From Eledone cirrhosa (lineage: Eukaryota): a DNA stretch of 64,000 nucleotides. Location of the stretch: NCBI GenBank assembly GCA_964016885.1, contig OZ024741.1:126666001-126730000 (forward strand), read 5' to 3'. Shown piece by piece: positions 38,700 to 54,300 of this stretch. The notes beneath the pieces were generated by a model, which was not told where the DNA came from, did not search any database, and saw only the letters and a program-made list of their open reading frames with translations. Each line of letters begins with the position of its first letter. Positions within the stretch are counted from its first letter, which is position 1. The position numbers and the translations under genes were made by a program.

Positions 38700-39270
38700 T
38701 TGCAGACAAGTACACAGATTGGACATTAGAGAAAATTGTTATACAAAATGGCTGACATGATAGATCCAGTTTTTGCCTTTGCTCTCAGTGATCTGTTTTT
38801 CATGGCTTCATGTCAAGTTAATCTACATTCATTACGATTAAGTGCAAGTTTTCAAATGTTTCTAGAGAAATATTTGTTATTTTCAGGTTAGCTATGAACA
38901 TGTCCTTGTACCTCAGCCATGGTCTTCCTACGTTGTTCGTCCACCTTGAAACTGAACAAACAAAAGGACGTTTGTAAACAAATTGTCACTCTTTCTAACG
39001 ACATGACCAATCTCTCATAACTGGGATTGTAAATGAAAGGATTCATTACCAATTTTACATTTAGAGAATAGGTAAATATTCGAAATTCTCTCATTCAAAA
39101 TGTATCCACAAATGATCCGAAAACATCGCATATTAGAGACATCAAATTGGTTAATATGGAATGGATAAAATATGGCAAGGAATTTAATTGACATTCTAAC
39201 CTCTGGTTTCAAAATCATCATTGGAGCAGGCAGGAATGTTACAAAATAACTTTTCTGGCGGGCTATCAAT
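38700..39270 (-). mobile_element. Old RTE LINE 3' coding remnant
   Basis: Minus-strand HINQFDVSNMRCFRIICG..ERISN and GRPWLRYKD..NLK resemble an RTE C-terminus. Confidence 0.65.
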
Positions 39271-40327
39271 TTTAGATTTTAAATATATGAAAGATGTCTT
39301 CTGATGAATTGGTAAAGTCTTATAACCGCAGAGGGAATGCATTGCGATATTCCTTTTCTACCTCTCCCCTTCTCTGGAGGAAATCGACTGTATTAGGTGT
39401 ACTCCGCCAGGTTAAAATTTCAAAATCACGCAGTATGTCACGACGGTGCCCTTACGATTCTATCAAGAGATAAGAGTCCTATGGCATGCAAAACGTTATG
39501 GCATTGCTGGTATCCTCGGAAGAAAGTGAAGACAAACCGCTTCAAATGACGTTAGTGCTTTAAGTAAAATAAATTGTGTGATATATTATTTGTGGGGATT
39601 CAACAAAAGCGTCAAAACGTGAATTCGATCCATCTAAATGGAAAAAAGGATTTGTACATATGATTAATTTGCAGGTCTGAGTAAAGTAACAGTTCGATGA
39701 CTGGCGCAAATGAGATCATCAAAACTATGCGATATAGCGAGACACAACAAAGGCAGTCCATACCACATCGTCTTTCGCGCGGGTTAACAAGGGACGCGTT
39801 TAGGCCTTAGGTAGTGTTAGGAGTGTTTAAGGACTCTCCCGCCACGATCCATCAAGGAATAAGTGGGCGAAGAAGAAGAATACATAGGATTAAGAGAAGC
39901 TGTCACGCTGAATCTCCCAGAGAATTATGTGAAGGGTACACATATTTGTACGATAAGTTCACTCCTAGGCTTTTTCGTTTGTCAAACATGGAACACATTA
40001 GTGTTCCATCTCGGATTTCAAGCTACAATCGATTTCTTTATTGACTAGGAAATATTTCTGTGACGTTCGTAGCTGCTGTAAAATCGATTATATCGGTATA
40101 AGTAATATATTTGTCGCTCCTTGAGTTTATGATGAAAAGAAAATGTCGACCACTGCAATGTTTGAACTAAAAAACATAAAGAAATTTCGCAAAAATGATA
40201 TACAGACTATCGGATATAACGATCAGACGATGGCTTCCCATGTAGTAGTAATTTAGAAATATAGTTTTGGATATCATTTAATGTCTTCCTCTCATTTTTT
40301 TAAAGCGTTACTAGATGAATGAATGTG

Positions 40328-40413
<86 letters not shown>

Positions 40414-40540
40414 AAAATTAAGATAAATTGAATTAAATTAAATTAAATCAAATTAAATTAAAGGTGTCATGTCAGATAGACATGCGCCATATCACCCGTA
40501 AAATATGCTCCAAGATTCTAATGAGTAGATCCGAGCATTT

Positions 40541-41093
40541 TATATCAACTAGAAATTGATTGACATATAATTAAACATATGAAACAATCACAGGGGGTAA
40601 TTTGTAAAAGTGTGTAAGCACACATAGCTAGGTAGGTAACTAAATAAAGTTTAACTAGAACTTCAAAAATAGATACCTTATAATTTGATTAATCTTCCTC
40701 GTATATATTCCATTAAAGAAATATATTTCACCAATTAATCGATTGGTAAACGACAGAAGCCAGGTCCTGGATTTTCAACAAGGAAGAGGTCCAGCGATCT
40801 GTGTTTACGTATCAAGTTCAAATCAGCGACTGGCCAGTAACACGTGCTGTTTCTTGTTGAAAATCCAGGACCTGGCCTCTGTCGTTTACCAATCGATTAA
40901 TTGGTGAAATATATTTCTGTAATGGAATATATACGTGGAAGATTAATCAAATTATAAGGTATCTATTTTTGAAGTTCTAGTTAAACTTTGTTTAGTTACC
41001 TACCTAGCTATGTGTGCTTACACACTTTTACAAATTACCCCCTGTGATTGTTTCATATGTTTAATTATATGTCAATCAATTTCTAGTTGATAT
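40541..41093. repeat. Fold-back inverted repeat (arms about 240 bp, spacer about 70 bp)
   Basis: TATATCAACTAG..TTTTCAACAAG mirrored by CTTGTTGAAAA..CTAGTTGATATA. Confidence 0.93.
40693..40787 (-). ncRNA. U3-A8 variant hammerhead with full stem III; mirror at 40850-40942 (+)
   Basis: Reverse complement: TCTTCCTTG-TTGAAAA-T CCA..TGG T-GAAA-TATATTTC tttaat GGAATATA-TA-CGAGGAAGA. Confidence 0.75.
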
Positions 41094-41107
41094 ATATATA
41101 TATATAT

Positions 41108-43853
<2,746 letters not shown>

Positions 43854-43854
43854 A

Positions 43855-44637
43855 AAAAAAACTTAAGGAACAATTAGAAGACAACAATCTCTTAATCCTG
43901 ATTATGTACTCCCGCTACGTTGATGACATAAACATCGTAGTAAAAACACCCCCACTAGAGAACAGTCAGGAAAGGAAGAGAAAAACACCACGGAAAGCAT
44001 CCAACAAATAGCTAACTCCATCCACCAGAGTATTAGAGTTACTATAGACTACCCAAGCAAACACCCCAACCATCTATTACCTGTACTAGACACAGAGCTC
44101 TGGTTAGAAACCATTAATAACAAAAAAACAAATCCTCCATTCCCATTATGCCAAACCCATGACTTCCAAATACCTGATCCACCGAAACTCAGCTGTTTCG
44201 TATCACACCAAAATCAACATACTGATTGCGGATTTAGTAAAGGTGTCCCGCATGTGCAACCTCAAAGAACTAGAGAGACACATACAACACTTAATCCACC
44301 GTATGCAGTTCTCTGGCTACAATCAGAGAGATAAAATCAGAGTATATAGAGGAGCCAGAACCAAATGGGAAAAAATGGTAAATAATGATACAAATGGGAC
44401 CTGCCCCTTGTATAGGAGCAAATTTTGGAATAGAATAGAAAGAACTAGGAATAAGGTTAATAAAATAAACTCATGGTATGATAGCAATAAATACCAGAGT
44501 GTAATGTTCATCAATACAACCCCTAGAGGTGAACTAGCTTACAAATTTAGAAGGGCCATAGATAAACTTAAACTAAATATTAAGATAGTGGAAAGACCAG
44601 GTACCTCCATAAAAACACTAATTAGTAATACATACCT
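43855..44637 (+). pseudogene. Fragment of the same PLE family as 31261-34530 (RT C-terminal/thumb region)
   Basis: Close match to about 33345-34130 (MTSKYLIHRNSA..IKIVERPGTS) with frameshifts. Confidence 0.9.
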
Positions 44638-44639
44638 CT

Positions 44640-45052
44640 TGGGTAAAGAACGAAAGAATATGATCGTGAATACAAACGGCCGAAATGAGATTTCTCCAAA
44701 GGGTCTTTGGAGTAACGTTATTCGTTAGAGTGCGTAATTTAGAGATCAGAGTCGCTTCAGGTACGTCTAAGAATTCAGCTACGTCTAAGAATTGAGAGAT
44801 CACAGGTCCAATATTGCGGACATATGGTTAGAATGTCTTAAGAAAGAATCGCTGATCAGATTTTACAGACAAACCAAACCGGCTGGAGACCCAGGGCTAG
44901 ACCTCGAGCAGGATGTTTGGATAATATCCATGAGCTCGACTAGTGTCGCTTGAGGATCCCGCCGGATGAATTGGAGATGGTTGTTTCTAACAGAACTCAC
45001 TGGAAGGCTTGCTGATCGCATGGCCCTCTCAGAAATAAGTGGCCGACGAAGG
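44640..45052 (+). mobile_element. RTE LINE 3' fragment, same family as 6640-6896
   Basis: Similar from GGACATATGGTTAGAATGTCT to CTCAGAAATAAGTGG. Confidence 0.75.
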
Positions 45053-45288
45053 ATATATATATGATCTCAGTATATTTTATACATTTTACACACACATAAA
45101 TACGCACACAAGCTTATATATATATACACACACATACATACATACATACATACATACATACATACATACATACATACATACATACATACATACATACATA
45201 CATACATACATAAGTGGTTAAGTAGATTCGTGATTTACTGAGGAAGGTATCAAAATCAGCGCTCAATACCAATGCAGAATGTATATAT

Positions 45289-45549
45289 TAAAACCAAAGC
45301 GAGGTTTCACATTAAGGGCTTTATTGTTTATACACAGTTACGACCATTTCACAGGAGGGTGGCTCAGGACCTATCTAAATGCTATAGACCCGACTCCAAG
45401 CTTTTGTTTGATTAACAAGTCTGATGATTAGTTCGGGTTGGAGTCGGCTCTATAGCATTTATATAGATCCTGAGCCACCCGTCTATGAAATGGTTGTAAC
45501 TGTGTATAATCAATAAAGACCTTAATGTGAAACCTCGCTTTGTTTTTTA
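45289..45549. repeat. Fold-back inverted repeat (arms about 110 bp) with a long-stem-II hammerhead at 45418-45501 (+)
   Basis: AGT-CTGATGA-T TAG ttc GGGT..ACCC gt CTA T-GAAA-TGGTTG (TGGTCG in the other arm)-TA-ACT. Confidence 0.8.
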
Positions 45550-45789
45550 GTATCTGCTTGTATATATATCGAGCGATTAATCAAGCGATTAATTGAGAGG
45601 TATACATAAAAATGCTTAAATGCAGCCATTACGCATACTTCAATTTTCTAAAAGAATGAATAAATGTTTTTTTACCCAATGTCATTAGCATACATCCTGT
45701 AAATCCTTCATACAAATGGTGCATTTCTTTTGATTAGAATAGAAGCATTTTAAGTATTATTTGATGTATATCTAAAAGGGTGTTGGACT

Positions 45790-46030
45790 TACAATCTTAA
45801 TCTCTTGGTTTCGAGTCCTTGGCTGGGTTGCGTGTTGTGTTCTTGAGCCAAACACTTCATTTCACGTTGCTCCAGTATACTCAGCTGAAAATGAGTACCA
45901 GCAATAGCTGGGGGTTTAATCCTGCGATGGACCGGCGTCCTGTCCAGGGGGTAGTCTTGTACTGTCAGTAGCTTCGCGTCACGAAACCGAGATAAGCACC
46001 GATCTGACAAGCCTTCTGTCTTGAGACACC
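45790..46030 (+). mobile_element. tRNA-derived SINE with a CORE-like body
   Basis: B-box-like GGTTTCGAGTCC, then TGTGTTCTTGAGCCAAACACTTCATTTCAC..CAGCTGAAAATGAGTACC. Confidence 0.65.
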
Positions 46031-47460
46031 CTTTTAAATATCTAAAAGTGAGCAATAGCGTTCCAACCCAATAAACAAAGTACCAAGCAAGCACATTCCC
46101 TACGCGGTTTTATATTAACTGGCGATCATTTCATTTTTTTATTTCATTTATTTCTGTTAATGCTCTTCAAAGATCACAATCTCCTATTACGCTTAAACCA
46201 ATCTGTCTCTACCAAGTAGTCAAATGTATTTAGTGCAAAATCTAGCTATATATTAATTTATTTAATGTTTTGTCAGAGAAACGAGTGCGGCTCATGACCA
46301 TTTACAGGGACACTGAAACTGGTGAGAAGTAGGGAGGAAAGAATGGAACACTTGGACCTTTTCTGAGATTGGTATGGAGTAGGGAAGAAATTATCCCCAA
46401 AGCGGAAACCTACGTCTTGCAACTATATAACAAGACTTAACCGTTGCTAATATGATTCTGATATGATCATTTTTGTGACCATATTTCTCGTGAAATAAGC
46501 TGCCTAAGATGTTTGAATTCCATTTCAAAATAATCAAGAACTTGCACGGATTTAGTCATATTACTAACTTTTGTGTTAATCTGATGTTTGAAGCATAACT
46601 TAACAAAGATTCTTACATTAAATTATGATGAAAAGTCTTTAGATAAACATAAACACTTTAAGCCTTTTGTTGTCATATTTCTAATAAAATATACTTCCTA
46701 TGTTTTTCAAATTATTTTGGAAATGATCAAGTATTTGGTGGGATTTAGTAATATAAATGCCGTTTTCATTTTTAAGCTGATGTTTGGAGTATAATTGAAT
46801 AAAGGTCTTACATAAAATCTGATGGAAAGTGTTTGTTAAATACAAATACTGTAAAACAAATTATTTTGTACCGCAGATCCAGGAACAGTTTCAAGCGGTT
46901 TCGTATCAAATGTTAATACACATAGTGTATAATTATGTGTGTATTGAAGCAATTACCAATGTGTGCCACACTTGGGTTGTATAGAAATCTAGCAGCTGAA
47001 CAGTATTCCTAGTAGACAGGAGCAAGCTTAGATTTTTCAATGCTGTTTTGGCATTGTTCCACAGAATGGACACAAAGGCAAAATGCATATCATCTATAAA
47101 AAAAAATTCTAAATTTTATTTAATTGAATTATTAACAAAGAACATCATCAATGTGATTTGCAGGATTTGTGATACAAAGTTCGATGCAATTTGTGAGATT
47201 CATGCGAACCTGATGTATTAACTCCTCATTTCCATCCAGACTTTAGGGACACCCTGTATAAAAGAGTTCGTAATAAGACATTCCTATATATTTGAATCCT
47301 AGTATAATTTGTATACAAAAACATATTGAGATGTGTATTGTTCATGTACGTAGATATATTGATTCCATGGAATTGAAACGAAATAGATTGTGATGGCAGT
47401 GTTGTAAAAATATTTATATAGTAACTGGACGCGTTGGTTATAGAAACTTTAAAATCTAAA

Positions 47461-47942
47461 TCTATATATATAAAACTGAGGTTGTCTGTCTGTTTTTCTG
47501 TCTGTCTGTCTACTAAAACGTCGGCACACATCTCCTCCTAAACCCTACGTTCAAATTTCGGTGAAATTGCTACACTTATAGATGAACGTCCGGCGGAGAC
47601 ATCGGTCAAACACATTTTCAAATCGACCCACGCCAAGTGCAAAAACCGAATTTGTAATGTATTGATTTTTCAGTTCAAATGTATAAATATAGATGAGAGA
47701 CGAATTATTTCCCTTTTATGACGTCATTTGTTTATCCATTTACGTTACGAACAAACTACGCAGAAGTACAAAAATACGCGAACAGTTTTCGGGCCAGCAA
47801 AATTTTAACCTGCAACATTCATGAGTTTGAAGTTTCAACATGAAGCTCCCATTTTTCTTCATTTCCATTAAAAAGTCTTTTAAAACAATATTTCAGCACA
47901 TCAGCCTCGCCATCACCCGAGGCAACGCTGCGAGTGTGCTGG
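47461..47942 (+). mobile_element. Non-autonomous Helitron-like element
   Basis: 5' TCTATATATATAAAA, GTCT repeats, degenerate 3' GCAACGC hairpin then CTGG. Confidence 0.6.
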
Positions 47943-48343
47943 CTTGCCTAAAAAATCATTAGAGAGGTTGCCCAGTACTCGCGACGTTGCTGTCTTTTGC
48001 TCTGGTGTTGGCTCCGTTGTTCACCCCTTCCTTTACATTTTCTTTAATATTGTAGCATTGAAGGAATATATCTTTCATTGTATCATCCTTTGTAGTGTTA
48101 CTGAGGCATTTGTAATGTTATTTATATATATATTTAAAACATATTTGCTACACTTCGAACTCATGAATTTTGCAGGTTAAAATGTAATTTTATTTATATG
48201 CTCTGTTTATATTTTCATTTTGAAGGAATTGCAAACGATTTGTAATGTTGTTTGTGCAACTATGAATAAAATATTTTTACTTGAAAACAAGCCTATTTGA
48301 ATACACCGTAAAACAAGCAAATATTTTGTAAATAAAGCATTGA

Positions 48344-49250
48344 TCTATATATATAATCTCGAATAAAGCCTTATGAGATTTTCATTTAGAAGCAATGATT
48401 TTAAACAACAGACAGATAACGCAATGTTTTTTCTTTTTTTCAATGTCCATCCAATTTCTTTGTTTCAAAATAATTGATAGTTTGGTTACGCTGTTTTTCG
48501 CTGAGACAAGTGTTGCAGTGTTTACATTTTAGATTTTTGTTAATAGATTACCAGTGCAGTTTTTATCCCCAGCATGCTCTTTTGTTTTAACATTCGGGTT
48601 ATGTTTTCTTAACTTTATAAGGCATATTGTTGGTTGAGGGAATATTAATCAAAAGAACCACATGAAATTCTACAATGTAGACTCTACAGTTTTTAAACCA
48701 AGAAAGGAACTTAACATTGTAACTTTAACACAGCTACTGAGCAGCCCCGAGCCACGCCGGGCTTTACTGCTATAGGCGATAAAGTTGTGCAGACAGACAG
48801 TCGTGCAGAGAGGTGATATAGGCGATAAAGTTGTGCAGACAGACAGTCGTGCAGAGAGGTGATAGGCGATAAAATTGCATTTTTTGTTTGTTTTTCATGT
48901 CCATCCAATTTCTTTGTTTCAAAATAACTGATAGTTTGGTTACGCTGATGTTTTTCTCTGAGACAAGTGTTGCAGTGTTTACATTTTCGATTTTTGTTAA
49001 TAGATTACCAGTGCAGTTTTTATCCCCAGCATCCTCTTTTGTTTTAACATTCGAGGTATAGTTATGTTTTCTTCATAAAGCATACTTTTCTTCATAAGGC
49101 ATATTGTTGGTTGAGGGAATATTAATCAAAAGAAACACATGAAAGTCTACACTGTAGACTCTACAGTTTTTAAGCCAAGAAAGGAACTTAACATTGTAAC
49201 TTTAACACAGCTACTGAGCAGCCCTAAGCAACCCTGGGCTTTACTGCTAG
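48344..49250 (+). mobile_element. Non-autonomous Helitron-like element with a duplicated 3' segment
   Basis: 5' TCTATATATA; 3' hairpin plus CTAG-T at 49247-49251; about 48425-48772 is repeated at about 48880-49250. Confidence 0.7.
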
Positions 49251-49278
<28 letters not shown>

Positions 49279-49281
<3 letters not shown>

Positions 49282-49398
49282 ACCAGAGTTTTCAAGTCGC
49301 TGGCTGGACTAAAAAGTCACACTCGTTCAGCGCATCGGTAGGGGTTCTCCTACATGGATATAAAGTAGTGGCCGTACTCGAAAACGAGCTGGCAGCCA

Positions 49399-49400
<2 letters not shown>
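49279..49400 (+). mobile_element. Short LINE (probably RTE) 3' end with C2H2-finger remnant, between TA tracts
   Basis: Reads CTRVFKSLAGLKSHTRSAHR-stop. Confidence 0.5.
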
Positions 49401-49437
<37 letters not shown>

Positions 49438-49449
<12 letters not shown>

Positions 49450-50163
49450 AAATTAAGTATGTGTGTCTGTGTATTACCTATACAGGGCCTACATCTTACG
49501 ACCGATTTTCATGAAAATTTACAGGCTCGTAGATTAGCCATCGGGGAATGTTTTCTATATATCAGCGTATCGATTTTTTATTCCGGGGTCATTCTGCAGA
49601 TAAAAATCGATAGGGGGTTCACCTTTTTTTAGGTATCGAAAAATAAGATTTTTGGCTCTAGCTCCCACATTTTGCCACCGATTTCGTTCAAATTTTAAAG
49701 CATCCTGTAATGGCTTTATATTTTGCATTTGTTGTTCACTTTTAAACTCAAATTTCCACTTTTTCGGTTTAGCTCCCTCATTAATCAACCTACTTTGTTC
49801 AAATTTTACACTACGCTAGATCTGATTATTTCACATCTTACAGTGGCTTTACATTTTGTTCAGAAACGGCATGGCAGCCGCTTAAATATTCGAAAATACC
49901 ACCTTTTCGCTCAAAGTTCCGCCTGTTTTGCTTTAGCTCCCACGTTTTCAACCGATTTCGTTCAAATTCGAAACTCCCTCCCCCAGCATTCCCCTTCGTC
50001 AGTCACCCACGTTTCTCAGTGATAGAGGTCATCACCACGCTCCCCCGCATGGCCTGCGTGTGGCCTTAGATGAGTCATCGAGAAGCAGTCGCTAAGATCA
50101 ATACCTTTTCATCGAAGCAGATATTATTTTACCTACCCAGGCAACGCTGGGTACTGCTGCTAG
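49438..50163 (+). mobile_element. Non-autonomous Helitron-like element
   Basis: TATATATATAAAA start; 3' hairpin CCCAGGCAACGCTGGG then CTAG-T at 50160-50164. Confidence 0.7.
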
Positions 50164-50424
50164 TTAATTATAATATTGCTGGCTTGTAACAGACATCACA
50201 AAAACGTGCTATAGTTCGCACGTCAAACATTTGCTCTATACAAATGACTATATTTCTCTCGACGTTTCCTGATAATTATGTGATAGAACAGTAGTGGGGA
50301 GAGGACTGTATTGATGATGTATGGCATTTTTGGGCATTTAATCCTGGCAGAGCCTATCCCTATCTATTTCTGAACAAAACCGAGAAAGTGAGAGAAGGTG
50401 AAAGAGAGGAAGGGAGAAAGTCGA

Positions 50425-50566
50425 TGAACCGACCCGTAATTTATCAACCTCCAAAGGATAAAAGGTAAAGTTGACCGTGGCAGGATGTAAGCTCTGAGCA
50501 GAAATAGGCGGAACGAATGCCAGCAAGCAGTCTACACGACGCTCTAACGATTCTGCTAATTCGCCG
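50425..50566 (-). mobile_element. Diverged SINE
   Basis: GGATAAAAGGTAAAGTTGACC..CTAACGATTCTGCTAA. Confidence 0.7.
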
Positions 50567-50703
50567 CAATTTTCATGATAATTTATTATTCAAAGTTGAT
50601 AAAAGACAATATGACCTAGTAGGTAATACATTGAGCTTTTGACACATGGTTCGGAGGTTTTAATTGAACAGTGACGTCGGGTTTTAGTTCTTCCTGAATA
50701 TTT

Positions 50704-50882
50704 GTTTCTATGTTTGGCAAAAGGGCAGCAATTATCCCAGTGCATTACTGGTACTTTATTTTATCGACCCCGTAAGGATGAAAGGCAACGTTAACCTCGG
50801 CGGGATTTGAAATCAGACCGTAAAGGGACGTAACTATGCTGAAAGCATGGTGTCCGACGCTCTACCGATACTGCCAATCCAC
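50704..50882 (-). mobile_element. SINE, close relative of 11391-11576
   Basis: Reverse complement closely matches 11391-11576. Confidence 0.9.
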
Positions 50883-50976
50883 CCTGAATAATGTATAATG
50901 TATTTCCTTAAATCACCTAGATGCTGCTGCTTTCGAACACCTTAGGGTAAGATAACGCACACACCCGGTGTGTGTA

Positions 50977-51061
<85 letters not shown>

Positions 51062-51262
51062 CAGACACAGACAAACAGACACACACACACAGACAGATGC
51101 CAGATTTGTATATATAGCTTTTCTTCGCTTATTTAGTAGTACAAAAATATAAAAGTACAAACAATAACTTAGGGTAGCGAGTAGTTAGGTGAATGTTTAT
51201 ATTTGTGTAAGATAAACACCGATTACATGATCTTACGCTTCACACATGCGCACGTTTATATA

Positions 51263-51332
<70 letters not shown>

Positions 51333-51349
51333 TATATAATATATATATA

Positions 51350-51407
<58 letters not shown>

Positions 51408-51413
51408 TATATG

Positions 51414-51447
<34 letters not shown>

Positions 51448-51451
51448 TATA

Positions 51452-51499
<48 letters not shown>

Positions 51500-51503
51500 T
51501 ATA

Positions 51504-51608
<105 letters not shown>

Positions 51609-51696
51609 TATATGATATATATATATATAATATATATATATGATATATATATATATAATATATATATATGATATATATATATATAATATATATATA

Positions 51697-51736
<40 letters not shown>

Positions 51737-51740
51737 TATA

Positions 51741-51800
<60 letters not shown>

Positions 51801-51946
51801 AAATATATATATATAATATAAAATATATATATATATATATATAATATAAAATATATATATATAATATAAAATATATATATATATATATATAATATAAAAT
51901 ATATATATATAACATATATATAATATAAAATATATATATATATATA

Positions 51947-52271
51947 TACAATATTAAATAAATGGAAACTATATTTATAAAACCATATTTATTTCATTAT
52001 ATATATTTCGGGGATATCATATTAACAATATGCTATGCCCTCCTCAGACAAAATACAATATAAACAGTTTTATAGATAAATAGATTCGACATACCGTTAT
52101 AACACCGACTTCCATTTGAAGAGGTTTACGCTGGCAGTTTATATTGTAAACTGTTTATATTGTATTTTGTCTGAGGAGGGCATAGCATATTGTTAATATG
52201 ATATCCCCGAAATATATATAATGAAATAAATATGGTTTTATAAATATAGTTTCCATTTATTTAATATTGTA
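51947..52271. repeat. Fold-back inverted repeat (arms about 124 bp) between TA tracts
   Basis: 51947-52070 mirrors 52148-52271. Confidence 0.92.
52163..52228 (+). ncRNA. Type I hammerhead; mirror at 51990-52055 (-)
   Basis: TATTTTGT-CTGAGGA-GGG..CATATT gtt AATATG..CCC-GAAA-TATATA-TA-ATGAAATA. Confidence 0.8.
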
Positions 52272-52356
52272 AATATACTCCAAATATTTGTCGAGTGCTT
52301 TTATTTCAGTTATAAATATTTACTAGTTGTAACCCAACAATTTTAAACATAACTTT

Positions 52357-52410
<54 letters not shown>

Positions 52411-52582
52411 AAATATATATATATAATATATATATATATAATTATATATATATAATTATATATATATATAATTATATATATATAATTATATATATATATA
52501 TATATATATATAATTATATATATATAATTATATATATATAATTATATATATATATAATTATATATATATAATTATATATATA

Positions 52583-52628
<46 letters not shown>

Positions 52629-52633
<5 letters not shown>

Positions 52634-53326
52634 TTTAGTACAGCATAGACGAAGTTCTAGTATACGGCCAAGCTAGCGTGTATGCTTATTCGGTTTGTAC
52701 CTTTAGCACTCATATGAGGTAAGACCCCAGAGTATAACATTATGTTCAGACAGCTTAGTAAATTAGATATAGCAGTCGGCAGTCCGACCGCATCACTAGA
52801 GCAACGAAAATACAGGACCCAGGTAAAGATTTTTTACTGACCTGGACATAACGCTGAGGCTGGGTGTAAAATATACAATCCACATGGTGTTTCCACAATA
52901 TTGATCGCAAAATCGCACGCAGCGACAGCGCTAAGTTTCTGCAAATTCATGATCGACAAATTCCTATTGCAGGAGTCTGCAATATAATGGTTTTTGACGA
53001 CAGAACATAGGATTTACTTCTTCAGCAAGTCTTTCGTTCTTAGCCAAAGCGGGTATGCTGTGACTTTAAAGGTCGCCACAGACACACGGTTTTGTCCGAA
53101 GGGAGGTAACCTCCGCTTAGGCGGTGTATTCTAATTTGAGATAAAGGAATGAATCCCCTTATTCAAACCGAATAAAGCACTCGACTAGAAGTTATCAAAC
53201 AAACTTAAACAATTAATTAATCAATAGAATCATAAAATTAATCAGTTAATCGTTAATTCTAAGAGTTAATATAAATTTTAGTACAGCATAGACGAAGCTC
53301 TAGTATACGGCCAAGCTAGCGTGTAT
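52629..53326. repeat. Unit bounded by a ~55-bp direct repeat (52629-52683 and 53272-53326)
   Basis: TAAATTTTAGTACAGCATAGACGAAG(T/C)TCTAGTATACGGCCAAGCTAGCGTGTAT occurs twice. Confidence 0.85.
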
Positions 53327-53334
53327 ATCTACCA

Positions 53335-53460
53335 ATTTCTGAAGACAGCATATATATGTGAAGGCATGTATATTTCCTCTGATAGTTTGTAATATTTTTA
53401 CATAGATCTATATGATATACATACCAACACACATATATATCCTAGAAACGATCGTAAAAT
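53335..53460 (+). ncRNA. Hammerhead with ~100-nt stem II
   Basis: ATTT-CTGAAGA-CAG c ATATATATGTG..CACATATATAT c CTA-GAAA-CGATCG-TA-AAAT. Confidence 0.7.
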
Positions 53461-53516
53461 GATGAATTTTTTAATATAAGGAACTTGTTCTTTGTTTTTA
53501 TTCATTGTTTTTATTA

Positions 53517-53550
<34 letters not shown>

Positions 53551-53552
<2 letters not shown>

Positions 53553-53731
53553 GTTTCTACTTTAGGCACAAGGCCAGCAATTACCCAGTACATTACTGGT
53601 ACTTTATTTTATCGACCCCGTAAGGATGAAAGGCAAAGTTAACCTCGCCGGGATTTGAACTCAGACTGTAAAGGGACGTAACTATGCTAGAAAGCATGGC
53701 GTCCAACCCTCTACCGATACTGCCAATTCAC
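53551..53731 (-). mobile_element. SINE, close relative of 11391-11576
   Basis: Reverse complement closely matches 11391-11576. Confidence 0.9.
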
Positions 53732-53896
53732 CATATATAATTTAAAATATATATATGTATAATATAAAATATATATATAATATAAAATATATATATATAT
53801 GTATAATATAAAATATATATATATTATATATATATATGTATAATATAAATATATATATATGTATATATATATATATGTGTGTAATATAAATATATG

Positions 53897-53993
<97 letters not shown>

Positions 53994-54124
53994 AATATAT
54001 ATCTATATATCTATATATATGAATAATATAAAAATATTTATATATATGTATAATATATATATGACTGCCACTACAGGAATTGATGATTCAAGTACCTTAG
54101 CGGTATGTCGCATATCCAATCTCT

Positions 54125-54195
54125 TATATATTTTATCTGATGAAAACGTACTAAAACACCATTGTACCTTTGAAATACGTATAATAAAATATATA
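54125..54195 (+). ncRNA. Type I hammerhead in a solo pLTR-like island between TA tracts
   Basis: TATATATTTTAT-CTGATGA-AAAcGTAC..GTACcTTT-GAAA-TACGTA-TA-ATAAAATATATA. Confidence 0.83.
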
Positions 54196-54233
54196 CTTCA
54201 GTTATAATATTTCTCATTTATTAATATTTTGAA

Positions 54234-54299
<66 letters not shown>

Positions 54300-54300
<1 letters not shown>

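Noticed and set aside
38888-39094. Possible host terminal exon on the minus strand (..KTMAEVQGHVHS)
   Set aside because: Another frame gives GRPWLRYKD, an RTE C-terminal motif; better explained as a LINE remnant
39330-40100. Faint piggyBac-transposase-like peptide traces (LCD..PY; GLREAVTLNL..KGTHICT)
   Set aside because: Too degenerate to call by eye and interrupted by an RTE tail; needs a tBLASTn or HMM search
48773-48870. Short direct repeats superficially like a CRISPR array
   Set aside because: Adjacent identical units with no unique spacers, no cas genes, eukaryotic context
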